IMG/VR virus record: IMGVR_UViG_3300021425_000020
DNA length: 64,000 nt
Strand: one strand, 5' to 3'
DNA from: an uncultured virus (IMG/VR IMGVR_UViG_3300021425_000020)
Taxonomy: Duplodnaviria; Heunggongvirae; Uroviricota; Caudoviricetes
Position 1 is the first letter of the stretch; every line of letters starts with the position of its first letter. This document shows positions 61,501 through 64,000 of this stretch, in pieces. The notes below the pieces were generated by a model, which saw nothing but the letters and a program-made list of their open reading frames with translations, did no database searches and was not told the DNA's origin. Position numbers and translations under genes: made by a program.

Positions 61501-64000
61501 AGTTATTTGTAAGAGCTACATTTTCGTAAGTTTTTGTACCGGCTATAGGAGTATACAGAGTACCACCGTCAATATTAGCATTATCAATACCTGTGAGTAC
61601 GCCATAACGTACTTCTGATACTCTACCTTGCGCATTACCGTCAGCACTGCGTACAACAGTTCCTACAAATCCATCCGATACAGCAAAGCTTGCTACGTCA
61701 TCAGGATCAGGATTTGAATACGTAAATGTTGTGCTAGTAGGAGTGCTGATTACTGTTGTATTTTCTTCAAATGTTTCATTGTCGTCACAAGTAACACTGA
61801 TTTGATTGCCAATTTGTAAATTGTGCGCACCACTGGTGGTAGCAGTTGTTACATCAGATGTTCTTTCTAAGTTTGTGATTGTACTTGTGGTAAATGTGTA
61901 ATCATCAGTAGGATCTGCAACTAAAAATTGACTTGAATTTGAACTTCTCAAGAAGAAGTTGTCAATAACTGCACTTGATGCACCTAGTGCTGTAGGATAA
62001 ACACCACTGTCAACACCATTTACAAAAATATTGTTTCCTACACCTGTTTGGAATTGAGAACCTGTACTATCATCATTTTCTATCCATTCTCCGCCTTCGC
62101 TGGCAACAAGAATATTTCCACTGTTTACATAAGTACCTTTTGAATAACCGGTTGCACCAAATGCACTAGGCTGTGTAATAAGATCACCGTCTGTTGCTGA
62201 AATATTTCCGCTTAGAGTAAGTTCAATCTGTTCATAGTTTTCTGTAGCAATGTCACCAGCTTTTAAGTCTGTTGCTGGAATGTCATCAACTTGTTCTAAT
62301 CTCGATAGATAACCATCTGTGTTTGTGTTTGTAAACTGACGTGTTGCAGGAATCAAATCTGCGTTCAACTGACCGTTTGTGTTCAACTGTACGATAGCAC
62401 CTGGAACAGCCGCAGTTGACACTGTTTTGTCAACAAAGCCACCTAATCTGTTTGAAATAAACGAACGTACTGCTAACTGTGTACTAAGTCTGCTATCGCT
62501 TGCTCCGCCTAATTCGTCGTCACCTAAATTAACACTTGTTGAAATTTCTTCAATTTCAACATCACTAACACTCAACCTCAGTGCATCAAGTTCGTCCACC
62601 TGAACTTTGTTACGGAAGGTAATGTTACCAGTTCTGTTGAACGCTGTAATAAAGTCACCAACTTTAAAGTCACCAAGTTCGTTTGTACCTGATGAGTAAA
62701 CACGTCCCGGAAGTTCTTCAAACTGTTCAAACTCACTTCTTGTGTTACCGCCGTTTTGCGGTAGTGCGTTATAGTCTGTACCAGAACCTGCATATTCCCA
62801 AGTATGTGATGAACTGTTAACAATACTGGGTCTGTGGAACCAAACTTGTTTTTCAGGCAAGTTTACCAAGTTTGTTAAACTACTACTACCGTCAGTTGCT
62901 TTCACTGAGAAAGTTGCAGTGCCTAAACCTAGTTTTGCACTAGCTGCATTTACACCAATAGCAGTATTAGGAGTGCCTGCATGGTCTTGAGTAATTGTAC
63001 TAGTTTCGTCAAATTGAATGCGCAACAAACTTTGACCAACTGCAACTTCTTCGACACTTACAATCAATTCTCTTATTGCTGGTTTCCAACTGAATACAAT
63101 AGCACTGTTGTTACTTGCACCTGTAGTACCTGTAATTTGTCTACCTGGAACAAATTCAAAGCTTTCAGAACCTGATTCTAGTTCTAGTGTTTGATAAGTT
63201 GTATGCGACGAGATAACTTCATTAACAAAAAACTCAATTACACCAGATAATAGTTTGTGCGTTCCTGTGCTTTTTTCAAGTATGTTAACAGGAAAATCAC
63301 CCGATTCATCAAATGTTAAACTAAATTCATCGTCATTAATAACATTAACATAATATGTTTGTTCAGCATCTAAACCTAATATAGGAGCATTTCCATCAGG
63401 ATCGTAAATTACTTTTTGTAAATTACTAAATCCATGACCTACAATAGTAATTACATCTACACTTGTGTTTACATCAGTGTCAGCATTGAATGTGCTTTCG
63501 GATGCATTTGTTTTAAAGTCGTTGGTGATATCCCCTTCTGAACTCACATCTTGTGCATCTGGTAAATCGCCACCGTCATTAATAATTGTCGTTACAATGT
63601 CAAACCTTGATCCAGCAAAATTTTGTACATCGGCAGATAAACTTGTTAAATAGGTCAAAGCGTAAGTTTTTGCTTGTTCAATAGCTGAAATTGTTTGTCT
63701 TTCTTGCCCGCTGATCTGTATTGCAGTACTATCAGCTAGATTTTTTGTATAATAAGATAAACCTGCACTACGTGAATATCTGTTACCAGTGTCCCAAACA
63801 TCCTTTGCAACTGCTTCAACAATAAGTTTTGTATCTCTCAAACATTTTGCTTCATCATATGTGAAGTTATACCATTGTGCAGCATCTACTTGACCTTCGA
63901 TGTAGGCATTTACATTTTGACCAATATTTTTTTGTGCTTCAGAATTTAATCTATTTAAATCATCAACTAGTACTTGTGCTACCCAATCTGTTTCTGGTTC
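55538..64000 (-). CDS. giant tail fibre / structural protein with a C-terminal intramolecular chaperone (peptidase S74); 5'-truncated by the window edge
   Basis: The frame stays open from 63841 to 64000 (EPETDW...YDEAKC), so the protein is >2820 aa. It has Gly/Thr/Ser-rich repeats and SDIRQKENI..L.NAL.KV..I.G..F followed by a coiled coil. Confidence 0.88.
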   Translation of the reverse strand, partial: EPETDWVAQVLVDDLNRLNSEAQKNIGQNVNAYIEGQVDAAQWYNFTYDEAKCLRDTKLIVEAVAKDVWDTGNRYSRSAGLSYYTKNLADSTAIQISGQERQTISAIEQAKTYALTYLTSLSADVQNFAGSRFDIVTTIINDGGDLPDAQDVSSEGDITNDFKTNASESTFNADTDVNTSVDVITIVGHGFSNLQKVIYDPDGNAPILGLDAEQTYYVNVINDDEFSLTFDESGDFPVNILEKSTGTHKLLSGVIEFFVNEVISSHTTYQTLELESGSESFEFVPGRQITGTTGASNNSAIVFSWKPAIRELIVSVEEVAVGQSLLRIQFDETSTITQDHAGTPNTAIGVNAASAKLGLGTATFSVKATDGSSSLTNLVNLPEKQVWFHRPSIVNSSSHTWEYAGSGTDYNALPQNGGNTRSEFEQFEELPGRVYSSGTNELGDFKVGDFITAFNRTGNITFRNKVQVDELDALRLSVSDVEIEEISTSVNLGDDELGGASDSRLSTQLAVRSFISNRLGGFVDKTVSTAAVPGAIVQLNTNGQLNADLIPATRQFTNTNTDGYLSRLEQVDDIPATDLKAGDIATENYEQIELTLSGNISATDGDLITQPSAFGATGYSKGTYVNSGNILVASEGGEWIENDDSTGSQFQTGVGNNIFVNGVDSGVYPTALGASSAVIDNFFLRSSNSSQFLVADPTDDYTFTTSTITNLERTSDVTTATTSGAHNLQIGNQISVTCDDNETFEENTTVISTPTSTTFTYSNPDPDDVASFAVSDGFVGTVVRSADGNAQGRVSEVRYGVLTGIDNANIDGGTLYTPIAGTKTYENVALTNNSGSGSGATADITVTAGQVTDVDIKTGGTGYANGDLLSAAASTIGGTGSGFEIEVTSFEKRVYVDILGGELFVASASSVDFIEDNSAVQNARDINLDDQISHNFLAGSDGAGGAVDYTDNRITISNHGYTNGDPVTYDTLGNTPIGGLLNGQVVYVKRIDDNTIELYEGFALLNQVEFTSTPANNNHNLTRKTINVDDDSIVLESHGLTTGDAIRINTLSDGSTSNELPTLDGDEPIVDGSRFFVGSVTTNSFTLHVLRSDALNSINDLVTNPEDLTSIGVGSARITQSNVQISAVVNTSSRLKANWNSLAVTNIDADNIISGIISPSRLAGAGVPNTDTFLRGDSAYEVVVQKLKKAPTTDNPITLTGSSISQEFYSTVSVGINNVDLDPGGTFSTLGVSRFLQSQFDVNANASGEVFIKDGVVDAGTLDSLDSAYFLNPANLTSPVPVNRGGTNITTYARGDLLYAETTGTLNPLNIGRNNAILKSNGETPEWGTALDLAEGLDVGAAALTSASTGSGSVYNSNVTSLEIGGDATNIQIGSTSTTRDLFTFLDGYDASASQNVVANLKSITATTNDVTDNGLNEIPLADTSSVLTGMIVTGSGSIPANTTVSGVTGDYIYLSNDTVGTILNGTTLTFTYTPKTLGVNTGDTITVNGSTITNLDGSWPVIGATDNATSFTFQTDANVTANPVNVPAGSLIINSNFIIKNANVVIGNAEASTAPTDAVVNGTNAIGTDVGGGELKLKAGLGTGNATGGDFVVETGEVSTTSDLQHTATERLRIDTSGKAAFTGEVEVNDTISTTETTVALLDDTATTINFGGAATTIDIGAASGTTTVKNNFDVEGDFGVKGDVLSTDITGTFNILNTNATTINAFGAATTINMGTGGDGGGTTTIGHDLVVTGDLTVNGNTTTINSTTLTVDDLNIVVASGAANAAAANGAGITVDGANATLTYDSTNTSWDSSEDFNLASGKAFYINDASVLNSTTLGGAVVNSSLQTLGTISTGIWQGTIISPTYGGTGVNNGTKTITLGGNFTHSGAHTLGLTTTGNTSVTLPTSGTLARTETGLNQFASTTSAQLAGVLSDETGSGLAVFNNNPNFTNSVTTSSTTMNVFNTTATTVNAFGAATTLGLGASSGTTTVNNDLSITGNLQVGGTSTIGVSGGTLTFADTGVTTVNAFGEATTLRLGATTGTFNIRNATVTLDGNLNVNGNTIDTDETGTFNLLKDNATTVAFAQAATAIVIGETTGTTTIRHDAQFNNDVTVDGNLFIGAIDDVPIGQTTPAAGGFTTLSANNFVTFTDTTNATGDFATGDAAVKISGGLHVAKDVRADNFIGDASASDLTSGTVPDARIASSSITQHQADITGTGILNSGSISTGFGNVNIGTSTFSGNGSGLTDLSATQLTTGTVPDARIQSSSVTQHQLDITGTGQLTAGSIGQGFGSIDIGTNSISATGNASLGATNFNDNNITNVANIALDTLSADNGSTIGFNANAIVTINNTSSATSTTSGALRVSGGLGVAGNIYGGAIYTADGSNIQSLNASFLASGTVPNTRISGTYSNLTGTGALGAGEITSGFGNINIGSSTFTGNGSGLTNVNATTLDGVDSTQFLRSDAGDTYTALITGNVNANEQLRLATQSASGSPYISLYQSGTRRAYLQYLDSGDLLRLQNEGGNSRVDIDGGTSGLTFTSGSNTYTVWHSGNDGPGSGLNADTLDGVSSGSFLRSDANDSFSGTLSGAGAISITGNITAASFTGDGSGLSGISADDANTLDGLDSTAFMRSNTGTQFNVGRGAVFVENNSNDNADGAGITFRTSTNPTNGAIFSVRSSGQAARLWVGQSLSSAGGNPFYVGSPTNGDEELVNSYSIELATNGNITAQGEITAYGTVSDIRQKENIEKLENALDKVKQISGYTFNYIGKDDRLTGVMAQEVMQVLPEAVYETKEIGKDESIYAVRHGHMVGLLVEAIKEQQKEIDELKAMVKKLLDK

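Noticed and set aside
1..64000. Stop-codon reassignment, tRNA genes, introns
   Set aside because: Conserved genes are full length in the standard code and use TAA, TAG and TGA as stops. Intergenic gaps are short and I recognised no cloverleaf or intron, though this was checked by eye only.

Overview
This window is 64 kb of a large, T4-like myovirus (probably a jumbo phage) genome. It is densely coded in the standard genetic code, mostly on the minus strand. (1) Positions 1-1000 are a structured, mostly non-coding region. (2) Positions 1.0-6.1 kb are an accessory operon encoding a PHP-less DnaE, a MetF-like flavoprotein, two TauD-like paralogs and a third 2OG-Fe(II) oxygenase. (3) The replication/recombination genes are a gp41-like helicase, a gp61-like primase, a 189-aa mini-DnaE, a gp62-like subunit, UvsW, UvsY, UvsX and a gp32-like SSB, with a NodU/CmcH carbamoyltransferase inserted among them. 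(4) A large glycan-building toolkit comprises kdsA, kdsB, metK, several methyltransferases, nucleotidyltransferases, three KpsC/KpsS-like (Capsule_synth) domains, other glycosyltransferases and a sulfotransferase. (5) The morphogenesis genes are the terminase, head completion, tail tube, sheath, neck gp13/14/15 and a >2800-aa tail fibre that runs off the right end. Two promoter classes can be read directly: sigma70-like TTGAC(A/T)-N16/17-TAnnnT, and a T4-late-like TAAATA. Many of them sit only 4-6 nt before an ATG, which implies leaderless mRNAs. The best candidates for an undescribed system are a phage-encoded CMP-Kdo/glycosylation pathway whose transferases sit behind late-type promoters (suggesting virion glycosylation), and the pair of truncated family-C polymerases, one of which is co-transcribed with non-canonical dioxygenases. 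All product calls come from motif recognition by eye; no database searches were run.
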